Source: an uncultured archaeon (GTDB lineage Archaea > Aenigmatarchaeota > Aenigmatarchaeia > PWEA01 > JAGHBM01). Taken from it: DNA of 43,544 nucleotides. Of the stretch, positions 16,543-24,068 are shown one piece after another. Location of the stretch: NCBI GenBank assembly GCA_964399605.1, contig CAYNRH010000001.1, positions 1 to 43,544 of the forward strand, given 5' to 3'. Within the stretch, counting starts at the first letter, position 1, and each line of letters starts with the position of its first letter. A model generated the notes under the pieces. That model searched no databases, was not told where the DNA came from, and saw only the letters and a program-made list of their open reading frames with translations. Both the position numbers and the translations under genes were made by a program.

Positions 16543-17517
16543 TTACATCCACTTTACTTCAACTTCGTCGGTTCTCCATCTTGAAATTGGCTTCAATTCC
16601 TTGATTCTTTCCCCAGACTTGTATGCAAGTATGCCGGCCCATGCAATCATGGCACCATTGTCACCAGAATATTCCATAGGAACCGCATAGAATTTTGCTT
16701 CTCTCTCCCTGCACATAGTGTTCAGCATTTCTATTAGCCTCTTGTTTGCCGCAACTCCACCTGTCAGAAGAGCTTCTTTTTTTCCGGTGTGTGCCATCGC
16801 CCTCTCGGTAACCTCAACAAGCATTGCAAAGCAGGTTTCCTGCAACGAAAAACAAACATCCTCTATTTTTTCCCCGTTTTTGAAGAGTTTTTCAGCTGCC
16901 GTAATTATTCCTGAAAAGGACAAGTCCATTCCCTTAACAACATAAGGCAGCTCTATGTATTTTCCTTTTTTTGCAAGCTTCTCTATCTCAGGACCTCCGG
17001 GATACGGAATTCCAACTTTTCTTGCAAATGTGTCCAGAGCATTTCCTATTGCTATGTCCTCTGTCTCCCCAAAAACTCTATATCTACCTCCAGAGAGGGC
17101 AATAATTTGTGTGTTTCCGCCTGAAACATAAATAACCACAGGGTCTTTTGCGCCCGTGGTCAGTTTTCCTATTTCTATGTGCCCTATTGGATGATTAACA
17201 CCTATGAGTGGTATCTTATTTTCCTCAGATATTTTTTTGGCAAACTCCAGTCCGGTCCATAAACATGGCGGCAATCCAGGGCCCTGGCTGAATGAAACTA
17301 AATCAATTTCTTTTAAGCTTAGTCCAGACTCCTTGAGAACATTCTCAAGGATTTTATCCTTGACTTCTTCATGATGCTGCTTGGCTTCTTGGGGAATTAT
17401 ACCCGAACCTTTCTTAGGTTTGTATACATCTTTAACATTTGAAAAAATCTCTCCATTATCAGAAACAATACCAATCCCAAAAGTATGCGCTGTTGATTCG
17501 ATTCCTAAACAAATCAT
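16543..17517 (-). CDS. kae1: tRNA N6-adenosine threonylcarbamoyltransferase Kae1
   Basis: GIESTAHT, NHPIGHIEIG metal-binding His pair, VSGGNTQ, SGDNGAMIA. Confidence 0.95.
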   Translation of the reverse strand: MICLGIESTAHTFGIGIVSDNGEIFSNVKDVYKPKKGSGIIPQEAKQHHEEVKDKILENVLKESGLSLKEIDLVSFSQGPGLPPCLWTGLEFAKKISEENKIPLIGVNHPIGHIEIGKLTTGAKDPVVIYVSGGNTQIIALSGGRYRVFGETEDIAIGNALDTFARKVGIPYPGGPEIEKLAKKGKYIELPYVVKGMDLSFSGIITAAEKLFKNGEKIEDVCFSLQETCFAMLVEVTERAMAHTGKKEALLTGGVAANKRLIEMLNTMCREREAKFYAVPMEYSGDNGAMIAWAGILAYKSGERIKELKPISRWRTDEVEVKWM

Positions 17518-17539
17518 AGAATAATAAAGAACAACTGTT

Positions 17540-17767
17540 TTATTTATTATTTTGTATTATTTCGCTGTAGCCGCACTTGCCGCATGTTTTCCTGTTTTTG
17601 TGAATTGCCAAAAATGTTCCGCTGCCACACCTTGGGCAATGTTCTCCCTTTCTTTTGACCTGAGAACCGGAAACCTCATATTTTTTCCATATTTGCACCT
17701 TCTTATGTTTTGACTTGCTTTTTGGCCTTTTTCCTTTCTTCTCACCTGCGGATTTCTTTTTTCCCAT
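17540..17767 (-). CDS. rps27ae: 30S ribosomal protein S27ae (eS31)
   Basis: C4 zinc ribbon CPRCG...CGKCG after a basic N-terminus. TAATG stop/start overlap with rps24e. Confidence 0.9.
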   Translation of the reverse strand: MGKKKSAGEKKGKRPKSKSKHKKVQIWKKYEVSGSQVKRKGEHCPRCGSGTFLAIHKNRKTCGKCGYSEIIQNNK

Positions 17768-18174
17768 TACTTTTCACCTTCTTTTTTCTCTTCAGCTTTC
17801 TTTTCTGTTTTTTCCTCAACCTTTTTTTCTTCCTTTTTCCCTTCCTCTGTTGCTTCCTCTTTCTTTTCTTCCTTTTTGGGCTCTTCTGCACTTTCTTCTT
17901 TTTTCTCTACCTTTTCCTCGGCTTTCTTTTCCTCTATTATTGGAACTTCTTTCTCTTTCCACACATAAGCAAGAATCCTTGATTGGGTGTTTCCAACTCC
18001 GGAAATTATTCTCTTGACTTCTATGTGTTTTGGCTTTATTTTTTTCTCCTTTGCCAAATATGCCTGAACAGAAGCTTTTGAAGGAGTAGACATTCCATTA
18101 TGCTCTATAATGCCAATTATCTCATTCCTCTTAAGAAGAGGATTCTCCCTTATCTCAATTATATTTATTTTCAT
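17767..18174 (-). CDS. rps24e: 30S ribosomal protein S24e with Lys/Glu-rich C-terminal extension
   Basis: [19 protein letters not shown]...[10 protein letters not shown] core, then about 50 aa of EEKK/KKEE low complexity. Confidence 0.9.
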   Translation of the reverse strand: MKINIIEIRENPLLKRNEIIGIIEHNGMSTPSKASVQAYLAKEKKIKPKHIEVKRIISGVGNTQSRILAYVWKEKEVPIIEEKKAEEKVEKKEESAEEPKKEEKKEEATEEGKKEEKKVEEKTEKKAEEKKEGEK

Positions 18175-18188
18175 TGAACTTCACCTAT
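18167..18188. repeat. 22-nt perfect direct repeat, copy 1 (rps24e SD plus start codon)
   Basis: ATTTTCATTGAACTTCACCTAT (minus strand: ATAGGTGAAGTTCAATGAAAAT). Identical to 18296-18317. Confidence 0.85.
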
Positions 18189-18295
18189 ATCCTCAATGAA
18201 AAGTTCAAAATCTCTTTTTTGATCTTGAGATTTTGTTTGACTTTCAAAACATATCACCAACTTTTGTTTTGAGAGGTTGGAACGGAGTTCCTTTG

Positions 18296-18317
18296 ATTTT
18301 CATTGAACTTCACCTAT
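18296..18317. repeat. 22-nt perfect direct repeat, copy 2 (overlaps the spt4 stop, heads a 19-codon mini-ORF)
   Basis: Same 22-mer, 129 nt upstream (minus sense) of copy 1. Its ATG (18301-18303) opens MKIKGTPFQPLKTKVGDMF, with a stop at 18244-18246. Confidence 0.85.
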
Positions 18318-18498
18318 TAATCGATATAGCATATTTTCCAGGAACAGTTATATTCATAGCTCTTGCTATTTCGCTGTCCGGATCTATAACGATAACTATA
18401 CCCTGCCAGTTTCTTGTAAGCTTTGATGTCTTGCACGCCGGGCACACCTCGCCCATAACAAATCTTTTGCACTCAGAACACACCTTTTCCCTAACCAT
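18310..18498 (-). CDS. spt4: transcription elongation factor Spt4 (RpoE'')
   Basis: 62 aa, zinc ribbon CSECK...CPACK followed by the NGN-binding segment. Conserved position after rpoE'. Confidence 0.85.
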   Translation of the reverse strand: MVREKVCSECKRFVMGEVCPACKTSKLTRNWQGIVIVIDPDSEIARAMNITVPGKYAISINR

Positions 18499-18502
18499 AA
18501 AA

Positions 18503-19090
18503 TCACTTCTTCTTTTTAACTTCCTTTTTCCCTTCTTTTTTCTTCTTTGGAGTTTTTTTCTTTTCTGCTTCAGTCATCCAGTGCAAAGCACCCAATCCGG
18601 GCTGCCTCATTGTCAATCCAACTTTGTTCTCTTTCGTAAAAGATATGGAGATTATTCTTGCCCTGACAGTATCCCCTTCCTTGAGTATTTTCTTGCTGTC
18701 CCTTCCAACAAGGACAGAATTCTTTTTGTCATAACTTACATAATCGTCCATTATCTGTGAAATATGCGTCATTGCATCAATGGGACCTATCCTTATGAAA
18801 GCGCCAAATTCTGTTATGTCAACAACTTCCCCTATTGTAACCTCATGCTCCTCTGGGTAGTATATCAACAGCTTGAATTTCGCCGGAAAGAAAACTGCGC
18901 CATCCCCTGGTATAATCTCGCCTTCGCCAATTTCCTCAATGCTCTCCAGGTTAAGCACTATGCCCAAATCAGTATTGAAAACGCCTTCATACCTCTCCTG
19001 GACACTTTCCGATATGGCAACCTCTAAATCTTTTTCAAGCTTTTCGGGAGGCACCCTCACCGAATCCTCAACTTCTACGATTTTATACAT
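18503..19090 (-). CDS. rpoE: DNA-directed RNA polymerase subunit E' (Rpo7) with Lys-rich tail
   Basis: Rpb7-like N-domain, S1 domain (GEVVDITEFGAFIRIGPIDAMTH), and tail EAEKKKTPKKKKEGKKEVKKKK. Confidence 0.9.
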   Translation of the reverse strand: MYKIVEVEDSVRVPPEKLEKDLEVAISESVQERYEGVFNTDLGIVLNLESIEEIGEGEIIPGDGAVFFPAKFKLLIYYPEEHEVTIGEVVDITEFGAFIRIGPIDAMTHISQIMDDYVSYDKKNSVLVGRDSKKILKEGDTVRARIISISFTKENKVGLTMRQPGLGALHWMTEAEKKKTPKKKKEGKKEVKKKK

Positions 19091-19485
19091 TATATCCCCA
19101 TTGCTAAATACTTTTTGTTTCTCAAATATATTACTTTGACTCCTATCTTTTTTAATTTTCTCTTAAGCTCCTTGTCAAGAGTTGCTACAGCACACTCTTC
19201 GGATTTTCTGAGAAATTTTTCAGAAAGGCTAACTATTGCCTTGTCAGCTGTATTTTCTTTAGTTTTTGTTACTTTTATACTTTTCGCTTCCAAAAATTTG
19301 AGCCCAAACCTGGCTGCCCTTGCATCTCTGCTGTTGCCCATGGAAAGTTTTTTCAATTCTCTGACAACTGGCTCGATTGTAACCAGCTCGTATTTTTCAT
19401 CTATCAGCCTGTCAAACTCCTCAAATATGTCTACCTTGAACTTCTCTGGAACCAAAAAGATGTTCGTATCCAAAATAATTTTCAT
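19090..19485 (-). CDS. PIN-domain protein (Fcf1/COG1412-like)
   Basis: ILDTNIF acidic start, 131 aa. Shares 1 nt with the rpoE' start, the conserved archaeal PIN-rpoE'-spt4 arrangement. Confidence 0.8.
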   Translation of the reverse strand: MKIILDTNIFLVPEKFKVDIFEEFDRLIDEKYELVTIEPVVRELKKLSMGNSRDARAARFGLKFLEAKSIKVTKTKENTADKAIVSLSEKFLRKSEECAVATLDKELKRKLKKIGVKVIYLRNKKYLAMGI

Positions 19486-19580
19486 AAGAAGAATTAGTCT
19501 TCTGTTTATTAAAATGCTTCATTTAAGAATTAAAATACAAATCTAAAAGTATTTAAAACTTTATTTAAAAAGTATAACTC

Positions 19581-20060
19581 ATGGGAAATAAACAATTAGA
19601 TACATATCTATTTGCTCTCGTGAAAACTGGATATAAATACCTGAAGAACGAAGAAAAGCATATAGAGCCTGAGAATATAGCAATCCACGAATATATTGAA
19701 TTGAGGGTCTATTTTATTGATAAATTGAAAAAAAGAGGAATCATAAAGGAATCTGAAGATTATATTTCAAATGTGGAAAATCTTCCAGAAAAAATCAACG
19801 ATTATGCTTATAAAAACAAATTACCTGGAATTGATGTTTCTAAATTTGAAAAGGAAGAAACTTTAATATTAAAAGAGAAAAAAATGAACTGGAGTGACCT
19901 AATAGAATTTGATAATAAACTCGAAAAAAAATACAGAAAAATGTTTGATTTTAGTGGTATAAATGGAGATTTTGGAATGTGGCGGGCATTTGGAGTTTCT
20001 TCAGAAATTGATGGTTTGGAACTAAAAGAAAAACTAATCGAAGAGTTAAAAACTTTGTAA
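19581..20060 (+). CDS. hypothetical protein
   Basis: 159-aa ORF with ATG start. No motif recognised. Confidence 0.5.
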   Translation: MGNKQLDTYLFALVKTGYKYLKNEEKHIEPENIAIHEYIELRVYFIDKLKKRGIIKESEDYISNVENLPEKINDYAYKNKLPGIDVSKFEKEETLILKEKKMNWSDLIEFDNKLEKKYRKMFDFSGINGDFGMWRAFGVSSEIDGLELKEKLIEELKTL

Positions 20061-20254
20061 ATTTCACTGTCAATGTTTTCTGGCCATTATAATAATTTTT
20101 ATATAAAATTCAAAAATTCTTGTAAAAGAAAATTGCGTACTTCTGCACGCCCAAACCCGAATATTGTCTTTTTTTCTCCGTTATAATTTTTCTTGTAATA
20201 CTATATTTCATTTTTAGAAGTGCTTAAGTAGGTTTTTGACATCCTTTTAAAGAG

Positions 20255-21655
20255 GTGATATGTATGAATACTTATGTCTTTGTGGATGGTTTTGGTAAAT
20301 TTGGTAGTCAAACTTTTTCCTCTCTTGTAAGGGCAATAGAGGATATGGCAACCGATGGAAAGAATATACAACTATATGGAATTCAAGACCCATCTAAAGA
20401 AGCTAGAAAAAATGCAGAAAAAAAGGCAAAAGAACTGGGCGTATCACCAAAGATTTATGATACAGATGAAAAAATGAATGAAGATATTTCAATGCTTCAA
20501 AAAAATGGTCATGCTATTTGGGTTTATAATGTATCTCCGTCACAAAATCATTTTAGAAGTAATGAACATTATACAAAAAAACACGTAAGAGTATTATCAG
20601 AAAAACCTCTTGTTCTAACAATAGAAGAAAAAGAAAAATTGATGAGAACATGGGATACGTATAGAACACAAATAGACCATGCAAAGGTCGAAACTGAAAA
20701 CCCAGCATTTATAGGCGCCAAACTTCTTTTAGACGAATATAAAATACATGTTGAAGACATAAAGCTGCTAAGAGCAAACAGTATAGGAATTCTGAAGGCG
20801 GTTTCCAATTCAATGAAGGAAGAAAAAAGGATTGGAGTAGAGGGTGGCTCTAGATTAGATAAAGATCACGACAGAGCTTATATCACTCTTCTTTTGAAAG
20901 ATTATATTAAAGGTATAAACATTGAAAAATCTGAAATTGAGGTTTTCAATCCATATGATTTAAAATCTGAATCATTTTTGGATGTATGGGGCAAAGAAAC
21001 AAAGAAAATTGATACAAATACTGCCGATGGTTCATTAACATCTGAAGAAAAAATAATCACAAAAAACGGCAACATTAGTTTAGAAGTTTATACAGGTTGG
21101 TTGGGTGTAAAAGATGAACATATGAAAACAATAAAGAAAATTAAAAACGAGACAAAAAAAATTGGTATACCACTTCTACCATACGCTTCAAATACAAATA
21201 TTGTAGATATAGGAGAAGATAAAGTTCAGTTTGATTATGAAGAAATAAGAATGTTTCATCTAAGTGGATATGAAGATGGAGGAAGAAGTGTAGAAATAAT
21301 AGGAAACATGATTCCACCAAGAAACAATTGGGATGTACCCGGAAGTGCTAATTTCTTAATGTCTATATGGGATGAAGAGGTGACAATTAACTTAATTAGT
21401 GAAGAAAATAGAATAAAAGCCCTTACAGATGATGTAAAGAAAGTAGAAAAAATGAGTGGCGACCAAATGACAAGATTATTTAAAAAATCTATTCTGGGAA
21501 CTTATCCAATAACTGGGGAATTAGCATTCAGAGATATAGGATTGACTCTAGAAAGCAAGAATAAAGGAATTGAAAAAGCGATTCAAGAATCATCTTTTGA
21601 AAAGGAACTTAAGAAAGCTGAAAAATGGATAAGAAAGAAAGTAAAGATTATGTGA
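20255..21655 (+). CDS. Gfo/Idh/MocA-family NAD(P)-dependent oxidoreductase, long form (paralogue A)
   Basis: N-terminal dinucleotide-fold start (VFVDGFGKFG), VLSEKPL (EKP motif), GGSRLDKDHDRAY. 466 aa versus about 330-350 typical. The track start is a GTG inside the SD; the likely start is the ATG 9 nt downstream (about 20264). Paralogous to 28601-29815 (EVYTGWLGVKDE versus GIHTGWLGVPDL). Confidence 0.65.
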   Translation: MICMNTYVFVDGFGKFGSQTFSSLVRAIEDMATDGKNIQLYGIQDPSKEARKNAEKKAKELGVSPKIYDTDEKMNEDISMLQKNGHAIWVYNVSPSQNHFRSNEHYTKKHVRVLSEKPLVLTIEEKEKLMRTWDTYRTQIDHAKVETENPAFIGAKLLLDEYKIHVEDIKLLRANSIGILKAVSNSMKEEKRIGVEGGSRLDKDHDRAYITLLLKDYIKGINIEKSEIEVFNPYDLKSESFLDVWGKETKKIDTNTADGSLTSEEKIITKNGNISLEVYTGWLGVKDEHMKTIKKIKNETKKIGIPLLPYASNTNIVDIGEDKVQFDYEEIRMFHLSGYEDGGRSVEIIGNMIPPRNNWDVPGSANFLMSIWDEEVTINLISEENRIKALTDDVKKVEKMSGDQMTRLFKKSILGTYPITGELAFRDIGLTLESKNKGIEKAIQESSFEKELKKAEKWIRKKVKIM

Positions 21656-21660
21656 TTAAA

Positions 21661-22428
21661 ATGCCGAAAGCAATATTTATAGACCCACACGGAGACGACC
21701 CTATAATAGCCGTTGGTGGAACTCAGATTCAATTACTGGACAGTGGATGGGAAATAAAACAAATTCAAATGACAGACGGAAGGCATGGTAGTAATATAAT
21801 GGACCCCGAGACAACCAAAATAGTTAGAGAAAAAGAGGGCAAAAAGGTTAGGGAACACCTTGGCATAAAAGACTTTTATAATTTTGGTGTTGAAGATGGT
21901 AAGCTGGATTCTTTAGACCCTGAAAAGAGGGGGGAAGTTATAGAAGAGTTGAAAAGACAAATAGAAGATTACAAAGCGGATGTAGTTTTTATTCCAGGAA
22001 GGGCCGAAGGCCATCCCGACCACAAGGCAACTTATAAAATATGCCATAAAGCAATTGAAATGTCAGAAAATAAGCCATTGGAAGTTCATTATTTAGTGTG
22101 GTTGTTTCCATTTCACAGACATGACCCAGGTAAGTTAGAAAAAGTCTTAAAAGTAAACATAGATGGAGAATTTAATAAAAAAATAGAAGCCATAAGAATG
22201 AATGAGTCGCAGGAGCGAGAAGGCAGGTATTCAGAAATAGTAAAACATATTAACGGTTATTTCTCTTTGATATATTCTGCTTATAGGGATTTGGAGGAAA
22301 AAACATGCGAGATAATTGCTCTCCCAAAAATAAATGAAAAATATGATACTTTTGTTAAAGGTCTCAGGAGCTGGGATGATGTTACAGAAGTGTTCCATGG
22401 TAGAAAAGAGGAGAAAATTAAGGCATAA
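21661..22428 (+). CDS. PIG-L/LmbE-family N-acetylglucosaminyl deacetylase
   Basis: DPHGDDPII (AHPDD-type motif) and GHPDHKAT (HPDH motif). The track start 21625 overlaps the upstream gene; ATG 21661 follows GTGAT and is preferred. Confidence 0.8.
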   Translation: MPKAIFIDPHGDDPIIAVGGTQIQLLDSGWEIKQIQMTDGRHGSNIMDPETTKIVREKEGKKVREHLGIKDFYNFGVEDGKLDSLDPEKRGEVIEELKRQIEDYKADVVFIPGRAEGHPDHKATYKICHKAIEMSENKPLEVHYLVWLFPFHRHDPGKLEKVLKVNIDGEFNKKIEAIRMNESQEREGRYSEIVKHINGYFSLIYSAYRDLEEKTCEIIALPKINEKYDTFVKGLRSWDDVTEVFHGRKEEKIKA

Positions 22429-22439
22429 GGTGATTGTTT

Positions 22440-23162
22440 ATGAATGAAAAGGTATCTGAAAGAAAATTTGATGAAGAGTATTTCAATACAAATGAGTTTT
22501 TTAAGAAAGATCCATGGGGATTTGGGAGGTCTCCATATGAATTAAACAAATATAAAAGACAAATCGATTTGATAAAAGCATTGATATCTCCAAAACCTGA
22601 AGTGGAAAATATTCTGGAGGTGGGATGTGCGGAGGGTATTTTTACAGAAATGCTACTTAAAGAATTTCCAAATTCAAAGATTACCGGCATAGAGTTTTCT
22701 AAAAATGCCTTTAAAAGAGCTAAAAAAAGACTTGAATCATATGGCGAAAGAGTAGAACTAATTCAAGGTGACATAGTTGAAAAGGCCAAAGAATTGCCAG
22801 AAATGAATTTCGATATAGCTACAATGAGTGAAGTGATACTTTATATAGGAAACGATTTTAGTTTTACGACAATAAATGATAGTGTTTTTTATCCTGTGGC
22901 AAAATCACTCGAACTCGGAGGAGGTTTAGTTATAGCACAAATAGTTGAACAAAAGGGGTATCCAGAAGGACCATTAACCAAAAAACCAATCATACATTCA
23001 TACAAAACTATGCTTGCTGAACAGCATATTCTAAAAAAGGTTTATGATGAATCATTTTTGGAATATAAAGACGAAGAAAATCAGGTTTTCAACTATGAAA
23101 TTTGGGGTTTCAGAAGAGTTGATGAAAAGAAAGAGCCACACTGGAGATGGAGAAAAGTATGA
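22440..23162 (+). CDS. NodS-like class I SAM-dependent methyltransferase
   Basis: KKDPWGFGRSPYELNKYKRQ box, then motif I ILEVGCAEGIFTEML and post-II SEVILYIG. I associate this combination with NodS-type (PF05401-like) methyltransferases. ATG after AAGGTGAT. Confidence 0.75.
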   Translation: MNEKVSERKFDEEYFNTNEFFKKDPWGFGRSPYELNKYKRQIDLIKALISPKPEVENILEVGCAEGIFTEMLLKEFPNSKITGIEFSKNAFKRAKKRLESYGERVELIQGDIVEKAKELPEMNFDIATMSEVILYIGNDFSFTTINDSVFYPVAKSLELGGGLVIAQIVEQKGYPEGPLTKKPIIHSYKTMLAEQHILKKVYDESFLEYKDEENQVFNYEIWGFRRVDEKKEPHWRWRKV

Positions 23163-23350
23163 GGGGTATTGACTTAATTGTTGAAACAATGAGAAAGGCT
23201 GGTAGACTTGCAGCCAATGTAGTTTTGGAAGAGTACAGAAATGGTACACCCTTCTTCCACATAGAGACATCGCAGACAAAAAATAGATACTTGAAACTAT
23301 AGACATGGAATCTCTACAAGAAATATATAATTACGGGGTGGTTTGATGAC
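23159..23350 (+). pseudogene. possible remnant of an inositol-monophosphatase/FBPase-family gene
   Basis: 46-codon ORF MRGIDLIVETMRKAGRLAANVVLEEYRNGTP... resembles IMPase N-termini. After a stop, a shifted frame reads ADKK*ILETIDMESLQEIYNYGVV, recalling the following (T)xD...E..I...L segment. No full-length ORF exists. Confidence 0.3.
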
Positions 23351-23372
23351 AAAATTATCCGAAGATAATCTA

Positions 23373-24062
23373 CTACATTAGCTTGAAGACTTTATCAATT
23401 TCCTTTATATTCTTTATCCAGTAGTCTGGTTTTCCTTCTTTTTTCTCGTTGAGTAGGACTGTTTTCATCCCGATTTTTTTGGCTAATTCCAAATCCCTTT
23501 CCCAAGAATCGCCAACAAAAACAATTTCTTTGGGTTTAACGCCATCCAATTTTTTTAGTATAATTTCATAATACCTCTCAGATGGCTTGAGCTCGCCTGT
23601 ATCGTCGGGAGAAATCAAAAATCTAAAATATTCTCTCCAGTCATCAAAAACCTTGTTTAATTTTTTTATTAGGCTTTTCCTATATTCATTGCTCGCAACT
23701 CCAAGAATGTATTTATCCTTTAAATTTTTTATTAACTCCTTCGTTCCATCTTCAAACTGAAGTCTTTCTGTTATATTTTTCCAAAATATTTGCAATGCCT
23801 CATTCGTTAATTTTTCTGCTTCTTTTTCTTCTATTCCTAAATCAACAAGAAGTTTTTTTGTGCTGTATTCCCTGCTCCTCATGCGAGCATCATTTATTCC
23901 ATCGTCTAACACATCCTTTACTATCTTCCACCATTTTTCACTGAGCTTACTTGCATCTATTCCCGTCTTTTTCTCTAAAAAAAGAAATTTTTCCCTGTAT
24001 GCGCTTTCTCTCTCAGGACTTTTATACAAGGTATTGTCTGCATCAAATATTATTGCCTTCAT
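23373..24062 (-). CDS. HAD-superfamily hydrolase (subfamily IA-like phosphatase)
   Basis: Motif I IFDADNTLY (DxDxT), motif IV VGDSWERD, capped helical insert. Confidence 0.8.
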   Translation of the reverse strand: MKAIIFDADNTLYKSPERESAYREKFLFLEKKTGIDASKLSEKWWKIVKDVLDDGINDARMRSREYSTKKLLVDLGIEEKEAEKLTNEALQIFWKNITERLQFEDGTKELIKNLKDKYILGVASNEYRKSLIKKLNKVFDDWREYFRFLISPDDTGELKPSERYYEIILKKLDGVKPKEIVFVGDSWERDLELAKKIGMKTVLLNEKKEGKPDYWIKNIKEIDKVFKLM

Positions 24063-24068
24063 TCAGAA

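Noticed and set aside
17710-18017. Phe/Leu-rich plus-strand ORFs: 17710-17982, 17715-18017, 33114-33482, 37573-37977, 37731-38063.
   Set aside because: These are the reverse-complement reading of the GAA/AAG-rich Lys/Glu tails of S24e, S6e and L7Ae (TTC/CTT codons give F/L/S). They are a composition artefact.
19090-19485. The PIN-domain gene considered as a VapC toxin of a toxin-antitoxin pair.
   Set aside because: There is no upstream antitoxin ORF. It shares a nucleotide with the rpoE' start in the conserved PIN-rpoE'-spt4 arrangement, consistent with an Fcf1/Nob1-like RNA-processing role.
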